From: Camelus dromedarius
Taxonomy: Eukaryota
Assembly (NCBI RefSeq): GCF_036321535.1
Contig: NC_087436.1
Coordinates: 89,034,001 to 89,098,000 of the forward strand
Reading direction: 5' to 3'
Length of the DNA: 64,000 nt
The notes under the pieces are model-generated. The model ran no database searches. It was not told where the DNA came from and saw only the letters and a list, made by a program, of their open reading frames with translations. The stretch's first letter is position 1, and each line of letters starts with the position of its first letter. The translations under genes and the position numbers were made by a program. Positions 1 through 13,100 of the stretch are shown one piece after another.

Positions 1-790
1 ACATTTAAATCATATGGAAGAAAACCAGAAGTTATATAACCGTCACCTATATTCCCGTTACTGCAATTAAACAGTTTGTTAACATTTTACTTTGTGTATT
101 TAATGTCTGTGCGTGTGTTTTAGAAGAAACAAGGCATTACAGATAATACGTAAATCTCACCCTCCCCTGGAGATTACCACTCATGAAGTTGTGTGCATGT
201 TTTGTATCCTATATTGTATGAATGTTTACATCTTTCAGCAATATATACAATTATTGGAGCTGTTTAAATGTGTAAGTTGTAAATGGTAACATAGGTATCC
301 GTTTGTCTTTTTTTCCCACAACATCATGTTTTAGATTTATCAATGTTGATAAATGTAGATTTGGTTTATGTATTTTAAATACCCCTTGCAGTATTTGATG
401 ATAGAAATTAGTGGGACTTATTTTTTCCATCCTCCCACTGATGAACAGTTGAGTTATTACCTCTTTCATTATTATGAATAGTGCTGCTATAGACATTTTG
501 TGTGTGTCTAATTGTACACACTTGGGCCGGCTTTTCTAGGATAGACATCTTGAAGTGAGATTACAGGGTCAGGGAGTGTCCTTCCGTTGAATTGCTTTTG
601 TACCTTTGTCAAAAATCATTTGGGCATGTTTGTGTAGGTTGCCCACTTGAAAAAAAAATGGAGTTTTGTATGTCATTTTGATTTGGATGATATTCTAAAT
701 ACATGTTCTTAGGTATATGTATTTTAAATGTCTCCTTTTATGTTTGCTGTTTGTTTCTTAATGGGTCTTTTGTTGAATAGAAGTCCTGAA
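1..790 (-). mobile_element. Ancient degraded L1 (L1ME/MD-like) fragments
   Basis: Antisense L1 3'-end phrases (atttttccatcctcccactgatgaacagttgag...attatgaatagtgctgctatagacatt; cctttgtcaaaaatcatttg). Confidence 0.6.
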
Positions 791-809
791 ATTTTTTTTT
801 TTGATGTAT

Positions 810-1313
810 ATATATTTTTATTGATGTATATTCAGTTTATAATGTGTCAATTTCTGGTGCACAGCACAGTGCTTCAGTCATACATGAATATACATATATT
901 TGTTTTCATATTCTTTTTCACCACAATTTACTACAAGATATTGAATATAGTTCCCTGTGCTATACAGTATGAACTTACCTATTTTACATATATTAGTATC
1001 TGCAAATCTCAAACTCCCAATTTATCCCTTTTTCCCCCCTCCCCCCCAGTAACCATATCTAGATTCCACATATAAGTGATACCATATGGTATTTTTCTTT
1101 CTCTTTCTGTCTTTCTTCACTTACTATGACAATCTCCAGGTCCATCCATGTTGCTGCAAATGGCATTATTTTATTCTTTTTTTTTTTAACATTTTTTATT
1201 GAGTTATAGTCATTTTACAATGTTGTGTCAAATTCCAGTGTAGAGCACGAATTTTCAATTATACATGAACATACATATATTTTATTCTTATTTATGGCTG
1301 AGTAGTATTCCAT
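810..1313 (-). mobile_element. L1 3' end (L1MA9/artiodactyl type) with a nested short L1 3' fragment
   Basis: agattccacatataagtgataccatatggtatttttctttctct...tccatccatgttgctgcaaatggcatt...ttatggctgagtagtattccat is antisense L1 ORF2 end and 3' UTR, interrupted at about 1179-1278. Confidence 0.85.
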
Positions 1314-1429
1314 CATAGTTGATAAAGTTCTCTTTCCTATCCTTGGGCTTCCAGCCAGTTCCATAGCTTTTAAACTTTTTAAACAGAAAGGCCCTTTCAC
1401 ATATTTTCTGTTTATTTTTCTTTTCATAG

Positions 1430-1582
1430 ATATCTCAGCAGTTGAATCAGTTGAATTCATCTCATCAAGAAGCTATCATGAAATGCTTAAAAAGTAGGAA
1501 AGATGAAATCAAGCAGGCTCTGTTAGAAGAAATAGTTGATATTTCCTCTGCACAGCTGCAGGATTTTGATTGGCAGTTAAAG
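1430..1582 (+). CDS. COMMD8: COMM domain-containing protein 8, internal coding exon (probably exon 3)
   Basis: Acceptor ttttcatag|ATA and donor AAG|gtgaga; 153 nt, phase 0/0. Translates [51 protein letters not shown], matching remembered COMMD8 and including the start of the COMM domain (LQDFDW). Confidence 0.96.
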
Positions 1583-2986
1583 GTGAGAATATGCTTATTT
1601 ATGAGTATTTATGTTATTTAATTTCATTTTTTGAATAGAAAGATTTATTTTTTATAATATTACATATCTAAAATTTCTGTTATTTTTGAGAATACATTTT
1701 CCTTAAGTGTCAAAGATGATTAAAACTTTGTCTTTTGCATTAACTTGGGCATCAAGTAAGTACACTGTAGACATCCCAACCATGTATAAAAACATTACAG
1801 TGATAATCAATTTAATTAACTGAAGTTTTATGTCATTGAAGGAGGACTGAAAGACATGTGGATGAAGGAATAGATCTGTGTTCTGTGGCTTTGGTGGGTA
1901 GGACAAAGGCTCAGGTATATAATTTGCAATTAGATGGGTTTGAACTCAACCTAGGGGACACTTATTTAATAACCGCTATGAATATCTGAAAATTATTTTA
2001 ACCTGTTTTGGGGGTTAGCACACTCCTCCTCATTGCTGGTGTAGGCTGAGTAGGCTGTAGAAACCACTTATTGGAAATATTGAGAATTATTCATGAGGTA
2101 GACAACCTGAGGGTGATACTTTCAAATCTCAGATGTCATAAGTCCTGTATTTTGGAGAGAGGATGAAGGAGAGATATGAGGGTGTGTTTGATCCCATAGT
2201 GTATGAACTGTAAGGGAGATCCTTTGAGGTTGGTTGTTAGGGAAGGAGTCCCTTACCATTGCCCAAGTAAATTTTTGCAGGTGGTAGCACTCCAAAATTC
2301 AGTTATAGTGGGAAGTACTGGCTCAGATTCCAGGAAAATTGAGTTTCTCTTTGCCATCTGCCAGTGAAGCTATGATGCTTGTTTCAAAAAACTCTAGTAT
2401 CATAAACATTTGGTTCTTCTATTTCCTCTAGGATACTTTCTTTGGACAGAAAGTAGAAGAGGTAAAAACGTCGAACGTTTTTGTTGAGTGGCTCTAATCG
2501 AAGATGGAATCTTGATAGCATTTCTCAGTAGTTAAGTAGATAGTTAGCTGCCCATGGTTTTAGCATCTTAATTTCTGAGACTAAGCAGTGTTTTTAGTCT
2601 TATCTTTGTGCATAGAGTTTCATACTCTTGGTATCTTTACACTTCTTTAAGAATTCTCTGCTTCTTGATGTATTGGGCCCATTTAGTACTTTACAGTCAT
2701 AACTCTGCTCGAGATTCCTGCTCCTACCACAAAGTCCTGACCAGTTGTCTTTTTTCCTTAACCTACTTGCCTTCTTTTATTCACTCTCTTTTCTCTTTCT
2801 GTTCTTCAGATATATGCTGATTTGGCATGGGTTTAATTTCTTTTATTTCTCCTGCATTTCCGTGTACTTGACAGCAAACAGGAGTACTCTTTTTTTTTTA
2901 ATGTGTTGTTCATAAGCTCTGATGCATATTTAATATAGTCCTTTTGAAAACTACTTGTTAATTACCGTTTTCCTCATTTTAAACAG

Positions 2987-3142
2987 CTTGCACTTTCTAG
3001 TGACAAGATTGCTACATTACAAATGCCACTTTTAAACCTTCATCTAGATGTAAAAGAAAATGGTGAAGTCAAACCATATTCCGTTGAAATGAGTAAAGAA
3101 GAGCTGCAGAATCTAATAAATTCCTTGGAAGCAGCTAATAAG
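2987..3142 (+). CDS. COMMD8: COMMD8 internal coding exon (probably exon 4), COMM domain
   Basis: Acceptor tttaaacag|CTT and donor AAG|gtattt; 156 nt. Translates [52 protein letters not shown], in frame with the previous exon. Confidence 0.96.
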
Positions 3143-4190
3143 GTATTTGCTTTAATTTTGTTGTAGGGTTTAAAATGTTTAAGTTTTAACTGATACCGTT
3201 AGAGCTATATAAGAAAACTAATCATTCGTGTTTAATGTTTTTTTTGTTCCTGGTATTTTATGTCAAGCACAGAAAATACTTTGTTGATATGTTCTGCATC
3301 TCTAGTTTTAGATATTAAATTAATTAGAAATTGTAATTTTAATTTACACTAATAGAACATAATTTACCAAGTAATTATTTTTGCAAGAATAACAGCCAGA
3401 TTTGTTTTGCTTCAGTACTCATTAATGCTATAAAACATAGAATTTTTAACTTGGGGCTGTGAAATTAGTTGATTCTGAAGGGATTTAATGGTTAAAAGCA
3501 GTTATGATTTTGAAGAGAAGATTGTCTTGTTTTAACTGGGCAAATAGCAGAAAATTTCTTTAAATATGGGAGACAAAATATGGCTTGTAGTTATTATGAC
3601 AAAATCAGATTGAGACAGAGTAGAACTATTGAAGGACTAAAGGAATGGCTAAATGACAGTGACCATTCTGAGTGTTTAACTAATGAGAAAAATAATAAGC
3701 AATAGGAAGTGCTTCTGTGAGGAAGACATAAAAATAATTGTCTACGTTATGTATGTTCCTTTCACTGTTGCTGAGAGTTCTCTCTCTCGTGATCGAGTCT
3801 CGAGGATTAAAGTCAGTTATTCTTACAACCTCTTTTGCCACTAACCCATCTTCCTGGCTTGATCATCTTGAAACCCTGGTATACCTCAGCTTCCCTCCAT
3901 ACTCTGCAGTTCCTCTGCCATCATGGCCCCTCGATGACTGGTCCACATGCCCAATAACAGACTGGTAGCCTGGCTTGCCTCCGGATGGGGCTCCATGTCT
4001 GAAGGGCTGTGCGGCAGAGCCTGGCGTAAATGTCAGATGAGCTCTCACTGTGGGTTCTGGCGGGCCTGTGCCTTCAGTTACTCTGCATTGTACTTGTTGT
4101 CAGTTCTCCAGACCCTCCGTCAGAGAATTCAGATACTGACATCATTCTGGTATAACCTGATTCCCTCCCTTCCGCTCCTTGTGTTTTAAG

Positions 4191-4211
4191 GTGGTCTTGC
4201 AGTTGAAATAA
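4191..4211 (+). CDS. COMMD8: COMMD8 terminal coding exon (VVLQLK-stop)
   Basis: Pyrimidine tract then ttttaag|GTG GTC TTG CAG TTG AAA TAA, which gives the remembered COMMD8 C-terminus ...AANKVVLQLK. Confidence 0.94.
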   Translation: MVLQLK

Positions 4212-5135
4212 CTGGAAATGATGGATACCAACGTTACCAGATTCTGCTGTTGTGATCGATATGGCACAGTGAAGACTACGAGTTCAGAAAACCTGCTCTG
4301 TATTGTGATGGCACGCTGAGAAAGCAGCAGTGTTGAGTTTACAAAGACAACAATTCATCAGCTTCCCTAAAGAACAGGAAATTATATGGTTGACAAGAAA
4401 TGCATAAGAACGTGAGAGATGAAAAGGCTATCGTAGCAGTTTATATTTTCATAATGACTGTTTTGCTTCATTTATTAAATATTTGAGAAATCTTTATAGA
4501 TACACAATTTTATTGAAAGCTAAAAATAGGCTCTAAAGTATTGTAAGCATACAAGCACAAAATATATTTGAATGTTGCTTAGAGAAGTATGTGAATAGCA
4601 AGGATGTTTATTATGGATATATATGATTAATTTGCGATATTTTTAAAAAATAACTTTTCAAGAATGTATAACCTGCATATATAACTCAGGAGATTCCATG
4701 TCTTTCTCATATTTCAGAGGAAAGATTATAAAATGTAAAATTTCTCAGAGAAGCTCTTCAGACATGAACAAGAAAAAAATAACTAAATGTGTGAACAGTT
4801 TTGAGTTTAAGAATTCTAGTAACTAAAGTCTTTTACTAGAACATGGGAAAAAACAAAAATAACACTGTTCCTTCTGTATTTTTGTGTCTGGTCCAGAAAG
4901 CGTGATCTGATAAAAAGAATACATGTTATTAGGCCTTAGGCATTAACCATTAATAATAGGCATTAACTATTCAAATATCAGCTATGACTATCTATAGGTC
5001 CATTTTTGTTATGAACTCTTAATATTGAACAGTTTTGAATGTTAACAACTTCATTGGAAAACAAACCTTTTTTAGTTTCAGTTCACTTTAAAAACAAGCA
5101 TTCTGAGCAAATAAAAATATTATTTTATTTTTATA
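4212..5135 (+). other. COMMD8: COMMD8 3' UTR (end approximate)
   Basis: AT-rich sequence without obvious repeats, running from the stop codon to the AATAAA at 5110. Confidence 0.65.
5110..5115 (+). terminator. Likely COMMD8 polyadenylation signal
   Basis: AATAAA followed by a T-rich downstream element (ttttatttttatatattactttgtttc). Confidence 0.65.
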
Positions 5136-5314
5136 TATTACTTTGTTTCAGATGATTTTCTCCATAATGCAGTAGTACATCATTGGTACCTACTGTTCGC
5201 AAGCTTTATCACTCAGAGCGTCAGACCATTATTCGAGGTGTCCAGGACAGTGACTAGTATTCTCATCGTGCAGATGAGGATAGGCTTAGTGAGATCAGTA
5301 AATGTGTGTGTGAT

Positions 5315-5558
5315 CTAGATGGTACTGCTCAAAATGTGTCTGTAGACAGTGCCGCTCTGTGAACTGTTACAGCTTGGTGATGAGATGAGCCTGTGCCGGA
5401 ATATTCATCAATACGCTGCTTTCTTCATTGAGAAATTTTGGCTCTGAGAAAAAAAATCAGCTGAACTAACCAGTGTGCTTAGGGTGGTACTTGATTTTCC
5501 TCCTTATGCAAGTTCCTGAACAGTTTGTAGACAAGCGCTTTCAGTAATACCGATCTAG
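5315..5558. mobile_element. Possible non-autonomous hAT-Charlie (MER5-like) DNA transposon
   Basis: Imperfect inverted ends (ggtactgctcaaaatgtgtc / gcgctttcagtaatacc) with atctag on both flanks. Confidence 0.4.
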
Positions 5559-5669
5559 GGTCCTTCTGAATTTCAACCCTCCATGCAGACCTTCCTTTGA
5601 GAAGGGAAAAATCGTACTCCGCTTGGTCCTTCTCTCACTGTATTGTCACTGTATTAGCATATGTAAATG

Positions 5670-8600
5670 CTTTATTGAAATCTGACTGATATACTGTAAA
5701 TTGCACATATTTAAAGTGGGCAGTCTGATAAGTTTTGACATATACACACCCATGAAAGCATCACCTCAACCAAGATGGTGAACCCCCAGTCACTCCTGAA
5801 AGTGTCCTTTTTTTCTGTAATCTCTTTCCCCCCAAGACAGCCACTGATCTGCTTCCTGCCACTGCAGATTAGTTCACATTTGGGGGAGTTTCATATAAAT
5901 GGAATCATACAATATGTCCTTCTGTGATCTGGCTTCTCTCAGTGGTATTTGAGATCATCCACGTTGCTGCATGCATGTATCAGCTCATTCCTTTTTATTA
6001 TTGAGAAGTAATCTGTTGTAGAATTCTACCATCATTTGTTTATCTGTTCATCTGTTAATGGATGTTTTAGTTGTTTAAAAGTTTTGGCTATTACAGTACA
6101 CAAAATGCTTTGAACATTCTTATCTATGTCTTTGTATGGATTTACACTTTTTTTTTGAAAAGAGACTCTTAGGAGTGAAATGGCTTGATTGTATGTCAGG
6201 TGTATGTGTGTCTTTTTAAGTAACTGCCAAACTGTTTTCCAAAGTGATTTTATCATTTTACATTCCATACCACAGTCTAAGAGTTCCAGCTCCATGATTC
6301 CTTGCCAGCGCTTGGTATGATCAATCTTTTTAATTTCAGCTATTCTAATTGGTGTGTAGTGGCATCTCATTATGGTTTTAATAATATTCATTTCCTTGAT
6401 GACGGAATGATGTTGAGCATCTTTTTATATGCTCATTTGCCATCTGTATATCTGCTTTGGTGAAATGCTGTTTAGATCTGTTGCTGATTTTTAAATTGGG
6501 TTATTTTATTTTTGAGTTTCGAGAGTTTTTTGGATAGCCTAGGTACAAGTTTTATCACATATATGCTTTGAAAGTATTTATTTTCTCCCAGTGTATGGCT
6601 TGTCTTTTTTCTTTTTCTTTTTTAGGGCAGTTTTAGATACACAGAAAAATCAAGCAGATAGTGCACAGAGATCTCATCTACCCCATGTCCAGTTACCACT
6701 GTTACTAACATATTAGTGTGGTACATTTGTTATAATTAATGAACTAATATCCATATATTATTATTAACTAAATTCCATGGTTTATTCAGATTTCTAAATT
6801 TTTACTTAATGTCCTTTTCTGTTCTAGGATTCCATTTTATACTTAGCTGTCATGTCTCCTGAGGCTTTTCTTGCTATGATATTTTCCCATACTTCCCTTG
6901 TTTTTGATGACCTTGACAGTTTGAGGAATGTAGGTGAGATATTTTGCAGGATACCTCTCTACTGGAATTTAATGTTTTTCTCATGTGTACACTGGGGTTA
7001 CAGGTTGGGGGAGGAAGTCACAGAGGTAAAGTGCCATTTACGTCACATCCTATCAAGGCTACATACTATTAACGAGATTTATGACTTGACATTGACCTTG
7101 ATCACCTGGCTGAGGTAGTGTGGGTCAGGTATTTTCATTATAAAGTTACTTATTTTTCTCTCCTGCCTTATGATCCTCTTTGGAAGGAAGTCATTATGTG
7201 TAACCCAAACTTAAGGAATTGGGCCCCCCAACTCCTTGAAGTCAGAATAGTTACCTAAAACTTTTGGAATTCTTCTACTCAGTTTTGTCTCTTTTCTCCT
7301 ATTTGTTAATTTAATCATTTATTTATGTAGTGTGGGCTCATGGATATTTACTTTATACTTTTGGTTACAGTCCAGTACTACTTATTTTATTACTCAGATT
7401 GCTCCAGCTTTGGCCATTTGAAGCTCTTTCCCTTGGCTCCTTTATCCCTGTGACATACCCCTGTCAGTGGAGAGGGGTTTTATTTATTTTATGTTATCTC
7501 CTTAGCTTTCTGGCAATACAAGATGCCCCATGCTCATTTTCTCTATTTCCTGCCCAGTCCTAGAATCAACCATTTCTTCAGGAAGCCCTGGTTCGGTTTA
7601 TTGAAGAATGGTGTTAGAACCAAGCTAGCTGTGCGCACTGCTCCTGTGATGTTGTTTCTTTTGGGCCCTCTCGGCTGGCAGAATGAAGAGATATGTATGC
7701 ATGTTAGCTAACCTGTGTATATACACACAGCTATAAATATTTCTTTATATAATCATCTGTCTATATTCAGCTGCACATGAGCTCATCCCAACGTCTCCAA
7801 CTGTAATCCATCACCACAGGGAGCATTCTAGCCTGCTACCCTCCCTTATATGTACACATTTCAGCGGTGAGAAACCTGACTCCCAGTAGCCACCAGCCAT
7901 TTACTTAATTGTTCATTTCCAGGTTGTCTATAGCAGTATCCAGATTGCTAATCTGTACCCCAGTGGGGAAAACAACTTTATCTCCTAGGAAGTGTTTATG
8001 TGCAGTTCCTTTTGCCTTTAGTCTTACAGACTCCACTCATTTCCAAATTACTTCCAAATTACACTCCCCGCCCCTGCCCTACTCCCTTAGTGAGGTTGTT
8101 TTATACATTTGTAATACAGTTAGATTTTTTTTGCAATAGTCTGTCTTCCTTGCTGGGATCCTCCAACTTCCTAAATTTAAATTTGCATACATTAAGGTTT
8201 ACTTTTTGTGTTGAACGGTTCTGAGTTTTGACAGATGCTTCATGTTGCGTAGTTGGGGCAGGTCATCGAGAGGATGTGACCACCTGTTGGCCTGTAAGCT
8301 GGACCCGGACAACAGTCTCCTTCCTCACCCCCGCCCCTGTCCTTGGAATGTGCATCCCCCTTCCAGAAACTGCCCCAAGGATACTGCCTTGAGATGTTGA
8401 TTATGGTATTAAGACTGTCTTATCCCAGTTGAGACTTCTATGTAAACTTTTAAGATTTGGGTGGGTCAGTGCAGAGATCTACTTGTCTTGCAGCCACCCA
8501 AGACAAGCCTGGTAAATTCCCTTGCTTATTTATTAAAACTGCCACCGACCCATCTGGGATGGTTCCCCTCTTTCTTCAGTCTCTGCTTGCTCAGGGGCTG

Positions 8601-9775
8601 GTTTCAGATGACACTTGGGAAACTCCTGAAGTTGTGAACACATGTATTGACTTTACAGAATAGTTTAACATGCTAAAATCCCCTGGGCTTTACTTTTTCA
8701 TCCCTCCCACATTCCTCTATTGCCCAGACAACTAGTGATTCTTCTTAATGTCTTTAGAGTTTTGCCTTTTCCAGAATGTCCTATAATTGGGATCATGTAG
8801 TGTGTCATCTTTTCAGAATGGCTTCTTTCACTTAGCAGTGTGCATTTCTTCCATGTGTTTTCATCTTGATAACTCATTTCTATTTTCTCTTGGAGTAATA
8901 GTTCATTGTATAGATGTACCACAGTTTACTCACCCATTGAAGGAAGTTTGTAGTTTTCATTTTTTGGCAATTATGAATAAAACTGCTGCAACCATGCACA
9001 GGCAGGTTTTTATGTGGAAATAAGTTTTCGAATTAACTGAGCAATACCTCAGAATGGGATTGCTGGATCATACTGTTTAATGTTGTAAGAACTTTGGCAA
9101 ACTTTTTCACAGTAGCTGTACCCCTTTGCATTTCTTTCTTTTTATTGTGGCAAAAAAATAACATGAAATCTACTCTCTTAACAAATCTTAAAGTCTGCAG
9201 TGCAGTATTGTTAACTCTGTGTACTTTATTGTGCAGCAGGTTTCTAGAACTCCATCATCTTGTATCATTGAAACTCTCCCCATGAACAACAACTCCCTAT
9301 TCCCAGGGCCTCCTCCAGTCCCTGGCAATCGCCATTCTGTATTCTGTGTCAAGAATGTGACTACTTTAGAAACTTCATATAAATGGAATCATGCAGCCTT
9401 TGTCCTTCTGTAACTAGCATGTTTCACTTACTATAATATCCTCAGGATTTCCTTTTTAAAGGCTGTATAATATTCTATTATATGTATACACCACATTTTC
9501 TTTATCCGTTAATCTCTCAATGGGCTTTTAAGTTGTTTTCACCTCTTGGCCATTGTGACTAATGCTGCAGTGAGCATATGAGTGCAAATATCTCTTCAAG
9601 AGCTTGTTTTCAATTCTTTTGGATAAATACCTTGAAGTGGGCTTGCTGGATCACATGGTGGTTCTATTTATAATTGTTTGAGAAACCACCTTATTGTTTT
9701 CCATAGTGATAACATCAACTTACATTCCCACCAACAGTACACAAGGGTTCTAGTTTCTCCATATCCTTGGCTGAT
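5670..9775 (-). mobile_element. Stack of nested antisense L1 remnants (L1MA/MB/MC/MD-like)
   Basis: Several poly-T-led L1 3' ends at about 5670, 6610 and 9135. ORF 6032..6391(-) reads as decayed L1 ORF2 C-terminus (MRCHYTPIRIAEIKK...LWKTVWQLLKK). Confidence 0.85.
8246..8640 (+). mobile_element. Solo LTR (395 bp) inserted in L1
   Basis: Starts TG and ends CA, flanked by a perfect 5-bp duplication CATGT (8241-8245 and 8641-8645); internal ATTAAA near 8532. Confidence 0.8.
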
Positions 9776-10146
9776 TCTAATGACAACACAGACACACAAA
9801 CACCTACCCCATGTTAGCTTCTTACCACCTCTAATCCTTATAGCAAATCCTAAACATGCTACATATATATTTGTTGCTTTCTAATTTAAATAAAATTGGA
9901 TGGCCATTTATATCTCCCATTGTATAACATAGTGTCTTCTGGGAATAGTAGCCAAGTGTAGGATGTCTAAAATCCCCAGACCTCTGCAGGCTGAGGCTCT
10001 GATGGTGAAGTGCAGATTGTCAGTTATTTTGCTGGATGGATGTTCAAGTCGTCCCTGGGCTGGAATTTAGACTCTTAGTGGAAAACTGTTCTACTAATCA
10101 CCAATTAATAGATAAATGAGCTTCACACCTTTCGTCTGTTCATTAT

Positions 10147-10152
10147 TTTATT
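10147..10152 (-). terminator. Candidate distal GABRB1 polyadenylation signal
   Basis: Plus-strand tttatt = AATAAA on minus. It is followed on minus by GGTGTGAAGCTCATTTATCTATTAATTGGTG (GU/U-rich) and sits at the edge of the repeat-free block. Confidence 0.5.
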
Positions 10153-13100
10153 GTTAACATATTATTTCTGCAGGGAGAGAGTGAGTTTGAAATTTGGAAG
10201 TCTTCAAATTAGGAAAGACTGACAAATAGGCCAACTCTAATGTTCATATTTACAGTGGCGATTTTAAAAGAAATATGACATAATGCACCTCACAAATGGA
10301 TGCTATTAAAGTCCATTTTACGCATCATCTTTGAATACAAGGAGACTTCATTTCTTCTTTTTTTATCCCTTAATATATAAACACTCCGTATGTTCAAATG
10401 TTTGTAAGGCATGTTATCTTAAAGAATATTAAAAAAAAATCAAAGTGGTACAGAAATAAGCTCCTGGAAAAGTGCTGGTTTTTTTCCCCCAATTGTTGGA
10501 TAATACTGCAAAGAATTTCTTCCAAATAAAGGGAGTTTGTTTTGTATTAAATTTTATAATAAAAGCTCTCAAATGATAGGTTCAGAATTCTAAACATTTT
10601 TTAAAGGCTTATAAAAAGATATGCCTGAAATCTTGCATGTTTTTAAACATAGTACAAAGTAAGCTTTTTATATGTAGGCATTTTTAATTAAAAAAAGTTT
10701 AATTCGCGTTTTAGGAATAAACAGGCTAACATCAATTGTACATATTTACAGTGATAAACTACATTTCAGAAGCTGCACAACGTGTTTTATAAGTACAGCT
10801 GGTGGTTTTTGACACCAGCCTTCAAATGTGTTTTCTTTCTTTCATTTCCTGCAATGTTTAAAATCTTGTAGTCCCAAAGCAAAGAAAACAGCAACTTATT
10901 TTATAGCAAAGCCACCGTATTAACAAAGTACTGAGTAAACTACAGTCCTGTGACTGCTAGGGTATCTGTGAGTCCTGAAGTCGAGAGCACAAGCATTTCT
11001 TGTGTCCATACCTGAATGCATGTAAGTTGATTTTGCATTTTACAGGAATACACAATTTACTCAGTGAATGATGAATAGAAAAAAGGCCATGAAGGGGGAA
11101 AGGGTCAGAAATCAGAGTTCACTGAACAGCTTCTTATTCACTAATTCAACTGCTTAGAGGGAAATCTATTTCTTCTTTCACATGTATAATTCAGTCTACA
11201 GGCTTCATGGATTTTGTCCACAGATCATTTTTGAGATAGCAAAGGCAAAACGCCAAAATACTTCAAGCATGTAAAAAGGAATTAATGAAATGGTTAGACT
11301 ATTTAATCAAGTTCCTAACAGAAAGGGTACAAATCATGCACACTTTATGAAAGTTTGATTTCAAATGTAAAAATCAACTACAGAGAACCACAAGTTTCAT
11401 TAGAACAGCAGTTTCAATCAGAAAATGCAGCATATATTGATACAAAATAGAAACTGGAATTATAAAAGTAAGGAGTCTACCTTTTCTTTCTTTGCATTTG
11501 TTAAACCCATCTCATTAAAATTTCTATAAGTTTCCAAAAATACTCATTCTCGCCTTTGAGCTGTTTAGTGGTCTGGTAGGTATACAAAAGCATTATCTGC
11601 TTATGCGAGAAAGCAAATGCTTATGTCAAAGGAGCAAGAAAGCTAAAATATTGTAATTTATGTATCTTGGCAATTAAAGAGTTCTCCCTGCTGAAAAATA
11701 AAGAAGGAGAAAGGGATTATTTTATGTACAAGATCTGTGTAATAATACCACTTGGGATATGAATTAGCTAATTCATGTTTAGTAGGAGAGTAAATAGACA
11801 ATTCAGCAAATTGATTAGTGGAGATTAAAAAAAATACAAGGAAGAAAACATTAAATATCTTATAACATATTTGGTGAGTTTAGCATAACGGATTTTAAGA
11901 GGCAATGGAAGCTCCTGCCATTGAAAGATCCAGGTATATAGTACAGGGTGCCATGAATTCGGATAGCAGGAGACTGGTTTGGAAAGTTCAGCTACTTTTT
12001 AGATTCAAATTTTAGGTAAGGTGGTAGCCAAAGAGGTGTTCCATTGCTGGCAGGCTAGTAATTTCCCCTTTCTTTAGCCTAATGAGTCCTGCTTTCCTGA
12101 AACTCCTGAATCACTGTATAAAGATCTTTGCCTCAGGTTGAGTCTCCTTGAATAAAGTCAGAGGAGTGAAATAAATTATTCAGAGATGATGGAGAGCCAA
12201 GAGAATTTTTCAGGCAAGCCACCCTAACCCAGATGAGTTTCTCTCAAAAACAGTTTTATTTATATTTTTTATACAGTATTAAAGTTTCCAGTTTACATCT
12301 CCATTAACCCTTTAAGTGACACGACAACATTATTTCACATTAACCATTAGGTTCCCATCACAATGTCACAAACTGCTGCCTGGTGGTCAAAAATAAAAAG
12401 CTTATTTAAAGATGTCAAAAGAAAAAAAAAGTTGGTCCTTGTAAACATTTATATCATTTGGAATTTCCAAAAGCCTCATGCAATCTTGTCTTTGTAATGA
12501 TACCACATGGTAGCTTTTACCAAGAGGGTTATTGGCCCTCTCTAAGTAAGGAGCTGAGCAACACAGTGGATGAACAGATGCATATCTAATCATGAGGATT
12601 CCATACTTAGAAGAGTAGTGGATATTCTGTATATGAACTATCACTTGTATATGTAATTCTGTTTTCCATGACACTGCAGTGTGTTAGAATAATCAAGAGG
12701 GTGCCCCCTCAAATGTCTCAGGGGCATCATTGCAAAATAGAAAATATTTCAAGCTTTATCCAGTGAGTATTTCAAAAAGATGTAGGAAATGGATTCTCAT
12801 GAAATTAAAAAAAAAAAAAAAAAGGAAAAGCAGATACACTGTGATTCAGTGTACTTGGGGAAATATCAAGTAGAAAAATATGTCATCTAGTAAAACTGGG
12901 GCGGCTGGTTGCCACTCTGAGGTAAGGCTTGCAAATGATATCTTTTATGCAAATATGGAAATAATATACATAACAGGAGAGCAGGAAATTGACAATTGAA
13001 AGGAGGGGGCAGGAAAGGTGTTTCTCTGTACGTCTGTCTCATGTGGTCTCGAGGGACGGTGGCCGACGTCAAGAACTGTCCATCCTCCTTAGATAGTTCT

